Below, piece after piece: positions 63,007 through 64,000 of a DNA stretch of 64,000 nucleotides. The DNA lies in assembly GCF_964355755.1 (NCBI RefSeq), contig NC_092680.1, positions 9,362,001-9,426,000 of the forward strand, given 5' to 3'. Numbering within the stretch: the first letter of the stretch is position 1; every line of letters begins with the position of its first letter. The notes beneath the pieces were generated by a model. The model saw nothing but the letters and a program-made list of their open reading frames with translations, ran no database searches and was not told where the DNA came from. A program made the position numbers and the translations under genes. Origin of the DNA: Antedon mediterranea. Lineage: Eukaryota > Animalia > Echinodermata.

Positions 63007-63150
63007 TAGTTTTACAGCCGTCTAATAAACGTCACATGATATTCGATTTTTTCGATAGGTGGCGGTATAAATTGCGCAATATTTGACTGCATGATGATTG
63101 GTGTGTACTGCATGATAAATGTGAACTGAAGGCAGAGGAGGCGTTCCATA
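63007..63150. mobile_element. Solo arm of the IS3EU-like element carrying one copy of the 21-bp unit
   Basis: tagttttt.acagccgtctaataaacgtcac...gactgcatgatgattggtgtgtactgcatgataaatgtgaactgaaggcagaggaggcgttccata, collinear with 2858-3370 minus the array. Confidence 0.9.
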
Positions 63151-63520
63151 TTACTGTACCTTAACATTGATTCAACATTTGTTAATTTCTATCAATGGTA
63201 CATAGATGTATAGAAAATGTCAATATTTTACAATTAAATTTCATTTATACTTTTATAAAATATTGCACAAATTTGAATACGGTCAGTGTTTTAAATTTTA
63301 AAATCTTTAAAACATATTGTAATTGTACAACTAGTTTTTATGTCTAAAAATTTAAAATAATAGAAAGGTATACCAAATTATGACAGGTTTATAGATAAAA
63401 CAATTTAACTAAAATATTATAAACTGGCACAAAAATTCTTTATGTTGACATTGAGTAGTATTACTTGCAGTTAAAAATCATAAAATCATATTTTATATCA
63501 GAAGAAAAAATATATATTGA

Positions 63521-64000
63521 ATGTGCATCTCATTTAGGTAAGCATACAGCGACCATAATAAATATAAAGCTATCTGCAGCTCGAGGCAGACACTGCGCGG
63601 TGTGCATCTCATTAGTAAACATCCAGGGACCATAATATTAAACTGTCTGCAGCTCAGGGGCAGATACTGGGTACATCTCATTAAGTAAACATTCAGGGAA
63701 TGAAGCTGTCTGCAGCTCGAGGGGCAGATACTGAACTGTATGTGTATCTCATTTAGGTAAGCATCCATACACTATATTATGAAGCTGTCTGCAGCTACTG
63801 CACTGTATGTGCATCTCATTTAGGTAAGCATCCATTCCATTATGAAGATGTCTGCAGCTACTGCACTGTATGTGCATCTCATTTAGGTAAGCATCCATTC
63901 CATTATGAAGATGTCTGCAGCTACTGTACTGTATGTGTATCTCATTTAGGTAAGCATCCAGACACTATATTATGAAGATGTCTGCAGCTACTGCACTGTA
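63521..64000. repeat. About 63-67-bp tandem repeat running off the window end
   Basis: gaag.tgtctgcagctactgcactgtatgtgcatctcatttaggtaagcatcc at 63781, 63844, 63907 and in variant upstream units. Confidence 0.9.

Noticed and set aside
63775-63975. Cys/His-rich reading frame (CSYCTVCASHLGKHPFH) resembling zinc fingers
   Set aside because: Spacing does not fit C2H2 and neighbouring units of other lengths break the frame; it is a tandem-repeat translation.

Overview
This is AT-rich, intron-containing animal DNA, not prokaryotic. The RRVAS cyclic-nucleotide-binding motif of its HCN channel suggests an echinoderm or related invertebrate deuterostome (inference). Four host genes were reconstructed by hand from splice sites and reading frame: a 3-Ig basigin/neuroplastin-like membrane protein (+, 8.4-14.0 kb, first exon not found), a complete HCN channel (-, 21.2-25.7 kb), a complete hydroxylysine-kinase-like gene head-to-head with it (+, 26.3-31.5 kb), and the 5' part of a Rit/Rin-type Ras GTPase (+, from 41.2 kb, running past the window end). 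The rest is dense, nested transposon landscape. It includes an IS3EU-like element inserted into a reversed copy of itself inside a Mutator-like element, an intron-containing internally deleted P element inside a Helentron-type element, an Academ remnant, many MITEs, LINE/SINE fragments and minisatellites. The most unusual signal is a strong excess of TA-flanked micro-insertions (TAGGCCTA, TACAGTA/TACTGTA) that look like accumulated transposon excision footprints; one repeat copy shows the insertions directly. I found no CRISPR array, no intact RNA gene and no demonstrably new system, so the findings are hypotheses. Coordinates were counted by eye and may be off by a few bases.
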